In this document: positions 8,121-17,095 of the stretch, piece by piece
Position numbering within the stretch: the stretch's first letter is position 1
Layout: the number at the start of each line of letters is the position of its first letter
Source of the DNA: Thiotrichaceae bacterium UBA973
GTDB taxonomy: Bacteria; Pseudomonadota; Gammaproteobacteria; Eutrophobiales; Eutrophobiaceae
NCBI GenBank assembly: GCA_002292815.1
Contig: DBBX01000018.1
Location: 61,209 to 125,208 of the forward strand
DNA: 64,000 bases
Direction: 5' to 3'
Position numbers and translations under genes: made by a program
The notes under the pieces: model-generated
Seen by the model: the letters and a program-made list of their open reading frames with translations, nothing else
Databases searched by the model: none
Told to the model about the DNA's origin: nothing

Positions 8121-9516
8121 ACAAAAGAAAGTGTGGATAGTCGATGATGATAAATCAATTCGTTGGGTGTTAGAGAAAGCGCTAGAAAAAACGGATGTAG
8201 AGATCCAAAGTTTTTCCAATCCTGATGATGTCTTAAAAAAGATCCGTAACGAAGAACCGGATGTCATCATCTCTGATATTCGTATGCCGGGTATGGATGG
8301 GATAACTCTATTAGAGAAGATTAAGGAGCAGTCTCCAGGCGTTCCGGTAATAATAATGACAGCATACTCTGATCTCGATAGGGCTGTTTCTGCTTTTCAG
8401 GGTGGGGCATTTGAATATCTGTCAAAACCATTTGATGTCGACGAAGTCGTTAGTCTGGTCAAACGTGCTATTACACATAAGCAGAGTAATAATGATGCTC
8501 CTGTGGATGAAATAATCGATGCGAGTACATCGATCATTGGCTCAGCGCCGGCTATGCAGGAAGTCTTTAAAGCGATAGGCCGACTATCAAGTTCAAACCT
8601 GACAGTATTAATTACTGGTGAAACTGGCACGGGTAAAGAGTTGGTAGCCAGTGCCTTGCATGCGCATAGCCCCAGATCGACGCAACCCTTCGTTGCTATT
8701 AATACTGCCGCGATACCAAAAGATTTGTTGGAGTCTGAATTATTTGGTCATGAAAAAGGTGCCTTTACTGGCGCAACGGGGCAAAGGCAAGGACGCTTTG
8801 AACAAGCTAATGGTGGCACACTTTTTCTTGATGAGATTGGAGATATGCCCGCTGACTTGCAAACACGTTTACTTCGTATCCTTGCCCAAGGAGAGTTTTA
8901 TCGTGTTGGTGGGCATACACCGATTAAAGTTGATGTGCGCGTTATTGCAGCAACACATCAAGACTTGGAACAACTCGTCAAGGAAAATAAGTTTCGAGAA
9001 GATTTATTACATCGATTAAATGTTATTAGAGTTCATGTTCCGTCATTGAGAGATAGACGAACAGATATTCTTGAACTTACTAATCACTTTTTGAAGAGCG
9101 CGGCTAATGAATTAAGTGAAGAGACCAAAAGTTTATTGCCTGAGACGGCTGATTATCTTGCCGGATTACCATGGCACGGGAACGTGCGGCAGCTTGAAAA
9201 TTTTTGCCGTTGGATAACGGTAATGGCATCGGGTAGTGAGATTCATATCGATGATCTACCGCCAGAATTAAAACAGGAAACTGAGACGACAGAAGTATCG
9301 GGTGAATGGGAAACTACTTTTCGAAAATGGGTTGAGTCCAGTTTATTAAAAGGTGATACAGAAATTTTACGTGATGCTGTACCACGATTTGAATCAATCT
9401 TGATTAAAGAAGCGCTGAAAAAAACGAGTGGTCGTCGTCAGGATGCCGCGAAATTATTAGGTTGGGGGCGAAACACTTTGACGAGGAAGATAAAACAACT
9501 AGAGCTTGATGTTTAA
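8113..9516 (+). CDS. ntrC: sigma54-dependent nitrogen regulation response regulator NtrC
   Basis: Receiver domain (VWIVDDD...SDIRMPGMDG), AAA+ sigma54-activator domain (GETGTGKE, GAFTGA), C-terminal HTH; start at 8113 (MSKQKK) rather than the ORF-track 8056. Confidence 0.9.
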   Translation: MSKQKKVWIVDDDKSIRWVLEKALEKTDVEIQSFSNPDDVLKKIRNEEPDVIISDIRMPGMDGITLLEKIKEQSPGVPVIIMTAYSDLDRAVSAFQGGAFEYLSKPFDVDEVVSLVKRAITHKQSNNDAPVDEIIDASTSIIGSAPAMQEVFKAIGRLSSSNLTVLITGETGTGKELVASALHAHSPRSTQPFVAINTAAIPKDLLESELFGHEKGAFTGATGQRQGRFEQANGGTLFLDEIGDMPADLQTRLLRILAQGEFYRVGGHTPIKVDVRVIAATHQDLEQLVKENKFREDLLHRLNVIRVHVPSLRDRRTDILELTNHFLKSAANELSEETKSLLPETADYLAGLPWHGNVRQLENFCRWITVMASGSEIHIDDLPPELKQETETTEVSGEWETTFRKWVESSLLKGDTEILRDAVPRFESILIKEALKKTSGRRQDAAKLLGWGRNTLTRKIKQLELDV

Positions 9517-9520
9517 GTAA

Positions 9521-10564
<1,044 letters not shown>

Positions 10565-10618
10565 CTATAATTGTAACTCAAAAGCGTCATTGCAATAAAT
10601 GATAATAATCAAGCTACT

Positions 10619-11440
10619 ATGTATGAAATGACTCAATTCCAACTGTTTTTCATTGAAAATGAAGCAATGTTGAGACTATCCAGTTTTATCACTTTGCTAT
10701 TCATACTCATGGTGCTGCAACTAGCCCGGCCAAGACGTTTACCTGTGCAAGGTAATTGGTATCGACAAGTAAATAATATTTTATTGTTGGTAGTCAATAT
10801 AATTGTTGTTCGTCTCTTGGTGCCATTGGCATTGTTTGATGTCGCAGTTTATGCGTCTGAAAAGAATATCGGTCTTTTTAATTTCGTAGAAATGCCATTA
10901 TTAATTAATATCGTTTTAACACTAATCATCTTTGATCTGCTGATTTATATTCAGCATGTTATTACACACAAAGTTAACTTCTTATGGCGGATTCACCGCG
11001 TACACCACATCGACCGTGAAGTTGATGTTACCACAGGTATCCGTTTTCACCCCTTCGAAATAGTGCTGTCCGTGTTCTATAAAATGTTGGCAGTAGTCAT
11101 TATTGGGCCAGTAGCATTTGCGATTATTCTTTATGAAATATTGTTGAATGCCGCGGCATTATTTACACATAGTAATATCTTACTTAATCCTAAACTGGAT
11201 AATTTCCTTAGAACGATCATCGTTACGCCTGATATGCATAGAATCCATCATTCAGTTCTGAACGATGAAACGAATAGTAATTATGGCAATATATTTTCAA
11301 TCTGGGATAAATTATTCAAAACATATCGCCTTTTTCCAAAGGCGGGTTATGATGATATGGTGATTGGCCTCAACGAATTTCGAGAGCCCGCATCAGGTCA
11401 ATTATTACAATTATTGAAAACCCCCTTTATTAGCAGGTGA
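10619..11440 (+). CDS. sterol desaturase / fatty acid hydroxylase superfamily membrane di-iron enzyme
   Basis: Histidine boxes HVITHKVNFLWRIHRVHH and HRIHH within a polytopic membrane protein; alternative start possible at 10667. Confidence 0.7.
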   Translation: MYEMTQFQLFFIENEAMLRLSSFITLLFILMVLQLARPRRLPVQGNWYRQVNNILLLVVNIIVVRLLVPLALFDVAVYASEKNIGLFNFVEMPLLINIVLTLIIFDLLIYIQHVITHKVNFLWRIHRVHHIDREVDVTTGIRFHPFEIVLSVFYKMLAVVIIGPVAFAIILYEILLNAAALFTHSNILLNPKLDNFLRTIIVTPDMHRIHHSVLNDETNSNYGNIFSIWDKLFKTYRLFPKAGYDDMVIGLNEFREPASGQLLQLLKTPFISR

Positions 11441-11443
11441 AAT

Positions 11444-12565
11444 ATGAATAAAGAAAGTGCCGTTCTTGAACGTTATTCTGAAGGCGCAAATGAGCGCCAG
11501 GAATCTTTGTGTTGTCCGGTTAATTATCAAGTAGATTTATTAAAAATATTGCCGGAAGAAATTATTGAAAAAGATTATGGCTGTGGCGATCCATCACGTT
11601 ATGTTCGAGAAGGGGATGTGGTGCTCGACTTGGGTAGTGGCAGTGGCAAGATTTGTTATATGGCCGCACAACTAGTCGGAGATAATGGCATGATCATCGG
11701 TGTCGATATGAATAACGACATGTTGGCTTTGGCACGCAAATATCAAGCTGAAATGGCAGAGAAAGTTGGTAATGACCGCGTTCAATTTTTAAAAGGAAAA
11801 ATTCAAGACTTAGCTCTTGATGTTGACTTAATGGAATCATGGTTGAAATCAAATCCTGTTACGAGTGCAGATGAACTCGCAGCATTAGAAAATTGGAAAT
11901 TAAAACAGTCGCAACAATCGCCATTGATCGCAGACAACTCAGTTGACCTAGTAATTTCAAATTGTGTATTAAACCTGGTGAGTGATCAGGAGAAGCAACA
12001 ATTAGTTACCGAAATATTTCGCGTTACTAAACCCGGTGGCCGAATAGCAATATCAGACATCATCAGTGATGAAATAATTCCGGAATATTTAAAAAATGAT
12101 AAACAGCTATGGAGTGGTTGTATCTCAGGTGCGTTTCAGGAACTGGAGATGTTGCAGATGTTTCAAGAAGCCGGTTTTATTGCCGTCTCATATGACAAGT
12201 GGTCAGAAACACCCTGGCAGGTTGTTGAAGGTATTGAATTTCGTTCAGCAACGTTAACAGCGATCAAACGAGAACAAATAGAATGTGTCGATAAAGGTCA
12301 TACGGTTATCTACAGTGGGCCCTTTAGTCTTGTGGTCGATGATGAAGGACATCAGTTCCCGCGCGGTGAAAGAATGGCAGTTTGCGAACGGACCTTTAAT
12401 GTATTAATTAATGAACCGTATAAAGATGATTTTATTGCTATCGAACCATCAACCGAGCGTGAACCAGTGCCAGGGGATGTCCCCGCAGGAACTCGACGAC
12501 CAGCATCAGAAACCAAACATGCAAACTATACAAATAGTGATAAATCACCTGGATCATGTTGTTGA
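11444..12565 (+). CDS. ArsM/AS3MT-like SAM-dependent methyltransferase (all four ArsM-type cysteines present)
   Basis: VLDLGSGSG motif I; VISNCVLNL, FRVTKPGGR and LWSGCISGA blocks parallel ArsM; N-terminal CC pair and GCGDP cysteine; 4-bp gap to the upstream gene implies an operon. Confidence 0.65.
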   Translation: MNKESAVLERYSEGANERQESLCCPVNYQVDLLKILPEEIIEKDYGCGDPSRYVREGDVVLDLGSGSGKICYMAAQLVGDNGMIIGVDMNNDMLALARKYQAEMAEKVGNDRVQFLKGKIQDLALDVDLMESWLKSNPVTSADELAALENWKLKQSQQSPLIADNSVDLVISNCVLNLVSDQEKQQLVTEIFRVTKPGGRIAISDIISDEIIPEYLKNDKQLWSGCISGAFQELEMLQMFQEAGFIAVSYDKWSETPWQVVEGIEFRSATLTAIKREQIECVDKGHTVIYSGPFSLVVDDEGHQFPRGERMAVCERTFNVLINEPYKDDFIAIEPSTEREPVPGDVPAGTRRPASETKHANYTNSDKSPGSCC

Positions 12566-12677
12566 TTTAAAAAGATAAACTCATTCTTAGCTAAGATAGT
12601 TAACTACCTGTAAGTTTTAAAGAGTATAGAAACACAGTAATATTCTGATTAAGAATTATAATTTGGGGAGTATTTGT

Positions 12678-13544
12678 ATGAGTGCGACATTAATCGACGG
12701 TAAGGCTATTTCCGCAGCTGTTAGGACAGAATGGAAAAAACGAGCTGATAGGCTTAAGGAAAAAGGTGTACTACCTGGTCTTGCGGTTATTATTGTCGGG
12801 GATAATCCTGCGTCGAAACTTTATGTCAGTAACAAGATTAAGGCTTGTCATGAAGTTGGCCTGCATTCTGAGGTGCATGATCTACCCGAAGATGTATCTG
12901 AAAAAATGTTGCTGAAGTTAATCGAGGAATTAAATGAAGCAAAAAAAATAAACGGTATTCTGGTGCAATTACCATTACCGAAACACATTGATGAAAGCAA
13001 AGTGTTGGAAGCGATAAAACAGGATAAGGATGTTGATGGTTTCCATCTCTACAATGTCGGCGCATTGATGACCGGCAATACTGTTTTTCCACCGTGCACA
13101 CCGTTCGGTGTAATGCGCATGTTGAGTTATTGTAAAGTCCCTATAGCTGGACAAAATGCAGTTATTGTTGGCAGGAGTAATATAGTTGGCAAGCCAATGG
13201 CGATAATGTTGTTACAGGAAGATGCAACAGTAACAATATGTACTTCGAAGACGAAAGACCTGGAAAAACATACAACTAATGCTGATATTCTGGTTGTTGC
13301 AACTGGCCGACCAGAAATGATCAAGGCGGAGCATGTTAAGCCAGGTGCTGTAGTCATTGATGTTGGAATAAACCGTCTTGAAAGTGGCAAATTAGTTGGT
13401 GACGTTGATTTTGATGAGGTAAAAGAAGTAGCTAGCTTGATCACGCCAGTGCCGGGTGGTGTTGGCCCCATGACGATTACTATGCTGGTTGCAAATACGG
13501 TGATGGCGGCAGAGAGAGACAGCGGTAATATACCAACTGATTAA
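12678..13544 (+). CDS. folD: bifunctional methylenetetrahydrofolate dehydrogenase/cyclohydrolase
   Basis: [13 protein letters not shown]-terminus, GRS(N)IVGKP motif, about 289 aa; start at the ATG at 12678. Confidence 0.95.
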   Translation: MSATLIDGKAISAAVRTEWKKRADRLKEKGVLPGLAVIIVGDNPASKLYVSNKIKACHEVGLHSEVHDLPEDVSEKMLLKLIEELNEAKKINGILVQLPLPKHIDESKVLEAIKQDKDVDGFHLYNVGALMTGNTVFPPCTPFGVMRMLSYCKVPIAGQNAVIVGRSNIVGKPMAIMLLQEDATVTICTSKTKDLEKHTTNADILVVATGRPEMIKAEHVKPGAVVIDVGINRLESGKLVGDVDFDEVKEVASLITPVPGGVGPMTITMLVANTVMAAERDSGNIPTD

Positions 13545-13554
13545 TCAAAATAGT

Positions 13555-14394
13555 CTATTTTGAGTTAGTGATAAAATCAGGTAGTGGAACAGTCTGACCT
13601 TTAATCGGCCAATTGTTTTTATCAGCTTGTATTTTAATCTTTCTGATTCGGTCATCACTTAAAGGGTGAGTACTAAAAAACTCAGGTGCAATGCTATCGT
13701 ATTCGTCTTCCAGTTTTAAGAATGCCTTAAACAATTCATCTGTTCCATTAACATGTCCGTAGTGTTCGGCTATTGCTTTTAATGCAATCTCATCAGCACG
13801 TTGTTCCTGTTTACGATTAAAACCAAGCACGGTTAATGTTCCCGCCTCACTTACGACATTGCCAACAAAACGGTCCGTACTACTACCAATAATTACCGTT
13901 AGAAATAAACCAACAACGACACCTCGACCTAAAGCAACAATCGGGTCCCTTTGTTGTATGTGTGCAATCTCATGCGCAATCACCATCGCCAGAGCATTTT
14001 CATTAGGTAACAATTCTATAAGACCACGATAGATTAATATCTGGCCACCCAGACTGGCAAAGGCATTTTCTATAGAGTCATCGACATAGCTTACATGCAC
14101 TGTGATTTCTTCAGGTAGAGTAATGTAGGGTAATAATTGTGATGTTAGGTTATTTAGATAGCCCTGGATTTCAGGGTTACTTATAACGGTATCCTCAAAC
14201 TCAATTGATTCGAGCAATTCATGCTCAACAGAAAAAGGGATGTGTAAAGCGAGTCGCTCGGCAAATAGCCCCAGTAAAAATGCAAACAGGGCAATGCTAC
14301 CCAACACACCTATTGAAAGAATAAAGAAATCCTTTAAGGGGTGTTGCTTGCTGGTATTAATGCCCTCCGGTATTTCTGGGTTGGTAAAGTCCAT
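13555..14394 (-). CDS. M48-family zinc metallopeptidase (membrane-anchored)
   Basis: HEIAHI zinc-binding motif (HExxH) plus a downstream E; N-terminal TM segment. Confidence 0.8.
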   Translation of the reverse strand: MDFTNPEIPEGINTSKQHPLKDFFILSIGVLGSIALFAFLLGLFAERLALHIPFSVEHELLESIEFEDTVISNPEIQGYLNNLTSQLLPYITLPEEITVHVSYVDDSIENAFASLGGQILIYRGLIELLPNENALAMVIAHEIAHIQQRDPIVALGRGVVVGLFLTVIIGSSTDRFVGNVVSEAGTLTVLGFNRKQEQRADEIALKAIAEHYGHVNGTDELFKAFLKLEDEYDSIAPEFFSTHPLSDDRIRKIKIQADKNNWPIKGQTVPLPDFITNSK

Positions 14395-14424
14395 AAAAAA
14401 TACACGTCGCCGTTTTACACCCGT

Positions 14425-14679
14425 TTATTCAGGTAATGAATTATATAACCAGGCAAAGATAGCGCCGCCAATACCGGCATCAACAATAGCGTACAGTGTC
14501 CCAACAATAATACTGCTAATACCTTGCATCGGTGTATAGCCTGGATAGATAGAAGCAACTACGGTTAGAAAAACAGCGCCATAATTTGGCCAGATTAGGT
14601 TTGATGCACTAACAATCAGAATGGCCAATCCCCAAATGATGCTACAGGTAATCGCAAATCTTTTGATTGATAATTTCAT
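14425..14679 (-). CDS. small integral membrane protein (84 aa)
   Basis: Two or three predicted TM helices; co-directional with and tightly spaced to its neighbours. Confidence 0.5.
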   Translation of the reverse strand: MKLSIKRFAITCSIIWGLAILIVSASNLIWPNYGAVFLTVVASIYPGYTPMQGISSIIVGTLYAIVDAGIGGAIFAWLYNSLPE

Positions 14680-14695
14680 AATTATTCTCCTTTTT

Positions 14696-14938
14696 TTAAG
14701 ACACTATCCGCAAGGCCAGGTAGGGTGCAACATTAAACAAGATTATGCTGAGTTTATAAAAAGCGATTCCGGCATAGTGAACCGTATCAAATTGTTCATA
14801 ACTCAGGTTGAACCACTTGCCATGCATTCGATAAGTCCAGTCATGAGCGAAAATTATAAAAACCCCCCACCATATTAATAAGCCGAGATTGATAACAGTG
14901 CTCCAACCCAGAAATTTAATCAGTAGTTCAATAGACAT
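14696..14938 (-). CDS. small integral membrane protein (80 aa)
   Basis: Two predicted TM helices, Trp-rich; same operon orientation. Confidence 0.5.
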   Translation of the reverse strand: MSIELLIKFLGWSTVINLGLLIWWGVFIIFAHDWTYRMHGKWFNLSYEQFDTVHYAGIAFYKLSIILFNVAPYLALRIVS

Positions 14939-14974
14939 GATGTTCTTCTCCTGTTAAATACGAAATGTAAACTT

Positions 14975-15454
14975 TTAATTTATCAAATTATTATGTTTAT
15001 TTGTTGATTTGGATTTAATAATCGCGGTGCCGTAGGCCAGTACTTCAACCGAGCCTATGCTATCTCTGCGTCCTTTAGAAATAGAAGAGGTTTCCATTTT
15101 CACATTGAATACATAGTTGGCACCTTGGCAAGCAGCCTGTTTCTTCATGCGCAAGATCGCTTCACGCCGAGCTCTATCAATCAATGTTTCATAACTGCTG
15201 ATGCGACCGCCTACGATCGATCTCATGCCAGATACAAATTTTTTAAAGAAATCAATAGATATGACGACATTTCCGTAAACCATTTTCGTAGAACAGGAAG
15301 TAAAGTCCCGAGGCAGGTGTTTTGTTGCTATTGCTGGGATATGTCTCAGGGATGATTCGCGATTAATTATCGATTTGTAATGCAGGGTCTCCAGGTATTG
15401 ACCAACACCAAAACCTAATGCTAACAGTGTTAAAAATAGTATCAGCTCATACAT
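14975..15454 (-). CDS. YbjQ/UPF0145 (DUF74) family protein with N-terminal TM anchor
   Basis: C-terminal YbjQ-like domain (GANYVFNVKMETSS...AYGTAI) preceded by a hydrophobic helix. Confidence 0.7.
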   Translation of the reverse strand: MYELILFLTLLALGFGVGQYLETLHYKSIINRESSLRHIPAIATKHLPRDFTSCSTKMVYGNVVISIDFFKKFVSGMRSIVGGRISSYETLIDRARREAILRMKKQAACQGANYVFNVKMETSSISKGRRDSIGSVEVLAYGTAIIKSKSTNKHNNLIN

Positions 15455-15455
15455 A

Positions 15456-15770
15456 TCAATCGAGCTTTACCGCAGTGCCGTAGGTAAATAGTTCGGACGC
15501 ACCTTGTGTTATGGATGATGTTGAGAAACGGATATTCAGAACAGCATTGGCTCCAATCGACTGCGCTTGCTCGGTCATTCGCGCGATAGCTTCTTCACGG
15601 GATTCATGCAGTAACTCGGTATAGCCTTTGAGTTCACCGCCAAAGATGTTTTTTAAACCAGCCATAATATCGCGACCAGCATGTTTTGCTCTGACGGTGC
15701 TGCCTTGAACAAGGCCAAGATGCTGAGTAATTGTTTTACCCGGTACACTTTCCAGTGTCGTTAGAATCAT
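15456..15770 (-). CDS. YbjQ/UPF0145 (DUF74) family protein
   Basis: 104 aa; DIMAGLKNIFGGE...GANAVLNIRFSTSS...TYGTAVKL typical of YbjQ; strong AGGAGG RBS. Confidence 0.8.
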   Translation of the reverse strand: MILTTLESVPGKTITQHLGLVQGSTVRAKHAGRDIMAGLKNIFGGELKGYTELLHESREEAIARMTEQAQSIGANAVLNIRFSTSSITQGASELFTYGTAVKLD

Positions 15771-15834
15771 TTACGCCTCCTGTGATTGACAGGTTTACGT
15801 CAATAGCTTACGACAAAATAACAAAAAGAGTTAG

Positions 15835-16551
15835 TTAGTATTGAGGATTAGGTAATGAACTAACCGTCGTTTCAATCCAGGTTTCGACTTCTGCGGTGAT
15901 TTGCTTGGCGCTTTTGTTGGTAGATTCAATAACTGGTCCAATAACCAATGTAATAATTCCAGGTTTTTTTATTAGATTATTTCGAGGCCATAAAAAACCG
16001 GCATTATGAGCAACGGGAATAACATTAGCCCCTGATTTGACTGCAAGCATGCCGCCGCCTGGCAGATAAGTCCCTTTTTCTCCTGGTGCAACACGAGTTC
16101 CTTCAGGAAAAATAATCACCCACAAACCATCTTTTAAACGTTGGCAACCCTGTGTAACAATTTGTCGAAATGACTTGATTGCAGAACCACGATCAATAGC
16201 GATTGGCTGCATCGAGGCAAGACCCCAACCATAGATCGGAATTTTCAATAGTTCGCGTTTTAATATCCATGCCTGTGGAACAAAGATCAGTTGTAGTGCT
16301 AATGTCTCAAACGCCGATTGATGTTTACACATCACGATACATGCTTTATCCGGAACATGGTCTAATCCTTCGATTCTATATTCTACATTGCAACATATCT
16401 TCAGCCACCAAAGATTGAAGACTGTCCAACGGGTAATGATGTAGTAGCGACTATTAAAACTTAAGGGAAAGGCAATAATACCAAGTGGTGCAAATAATAT
16501 TGTACTGATGATTTGGCCAGCATAAAAAAACAAGGAACGGATAAGGAGCAT
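15835..16551 (-). CDS. plsC: 1-acyl-sn-glycerol-3-phosphate acyltransferase
   Basis: HQSAFE (HX4D-like) and FPEGTR acyltransferase motifs. Confidence 0.85.
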   Translation of the reverse strand: MLLIRSLFFYAGQIISTILFAPLGIIAFPLSFNSRYYIITRWTVFNLWWLKICCNVEYRIEGLDHVPDKACIVMCKHQSAFETLALQLIFVPQAWILKRELLKIPIYGWGLASMQPIAIDRGSAIKSFRQIVTQGCQRLKDGLWVIIFPEGTRVAPGEKGTYLPGGGMLAVKSGANVIPVAHNAGFLWPRNNLIKKPGIITLVIGPVIESTNKSAKQITAEVETWIETTVSSLPNPQY

Positions 16552-16553
16552 GG

Positions 16554-17093
16554 TTATTTGGCAATCATAATTTCATCGACAAATTCAGCCAGATCATTAT
16601 AAATAGGGATTCCTGCTGGAACCAGACCTTGATCAATTTGAGTTTGCCCTTTGCCGGTACGCACTAGCACGGGTTTACCGCCAGCACTTTGTATGGCTTG
16701 AATATCAGTCATTTTGTCACCGACACAATAAACCTTATTCAACGAAACGCGGAGTCGTTCTGAAATATCATTATATAACCCCGGTTTTGGTTTACGGCAA
16801 TTACAGTTATCTTTTGGAATGTGTGGGCAGAAGAAGATTGCATCAATGACACCACCAAATTGGGCGAGGTGTGTATTCATCTTCATATGAATTGCATTCA
16901 GGGCTTCTATTGTAAAAAGCTTTCTACCCAGACCTGATTGATTTGTTACCACAATAACGCGATAGCCGTTTTGAGAAAGTTTGGCTATTGCCTCGAGACT
17001 CCCAGGTACAGGTTGCCACTCTGCCGGTGACTTTATATAGTCGTCGGAATCTTCATTGATTACTCCATCTCGATCTAGAATGATAAGCGCCAT
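16554..17093 (-). CDS. gmhB: D-glycero-beta-D-manno-heptose-1,7-bisphosphate 7-phosphatase
   Basis: HAD-IIIA motif ILDRDGVIN, CxC zinc motif (CNCRKPKPG), 179 aa. Confidence 0.85.
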   Translation of the reverse strand: MALIILDRDGVINEDSDDYIKSPAEWQPVPGSLEAIAKLSQNGYRVIVVTNQSGLGRKLFTIEALNAIHMKMNTHLAQFGGVIDAIFFCPHIPKDNCNCRKPKPGLYNDISERLRVSLNKVYCVGDKMTDIQAIQSAGGKPVLVRTGKGQTQIDQGLVPAGIPIYNDLAEFVDEIMIAK

Positions 17094-17095
17094 GT

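Noticed and set aside
15771-15834. Inverted repeat ATTGAC-N8-GTCAAT between plsC and the YbjQ operon as a terminator
   Set aside because: No U-run follows it on the relevant strand, and it overlaps the -35 region of a probable YbjQ operon promoter; more likely an operator or promoter feature, which I cannot assign.
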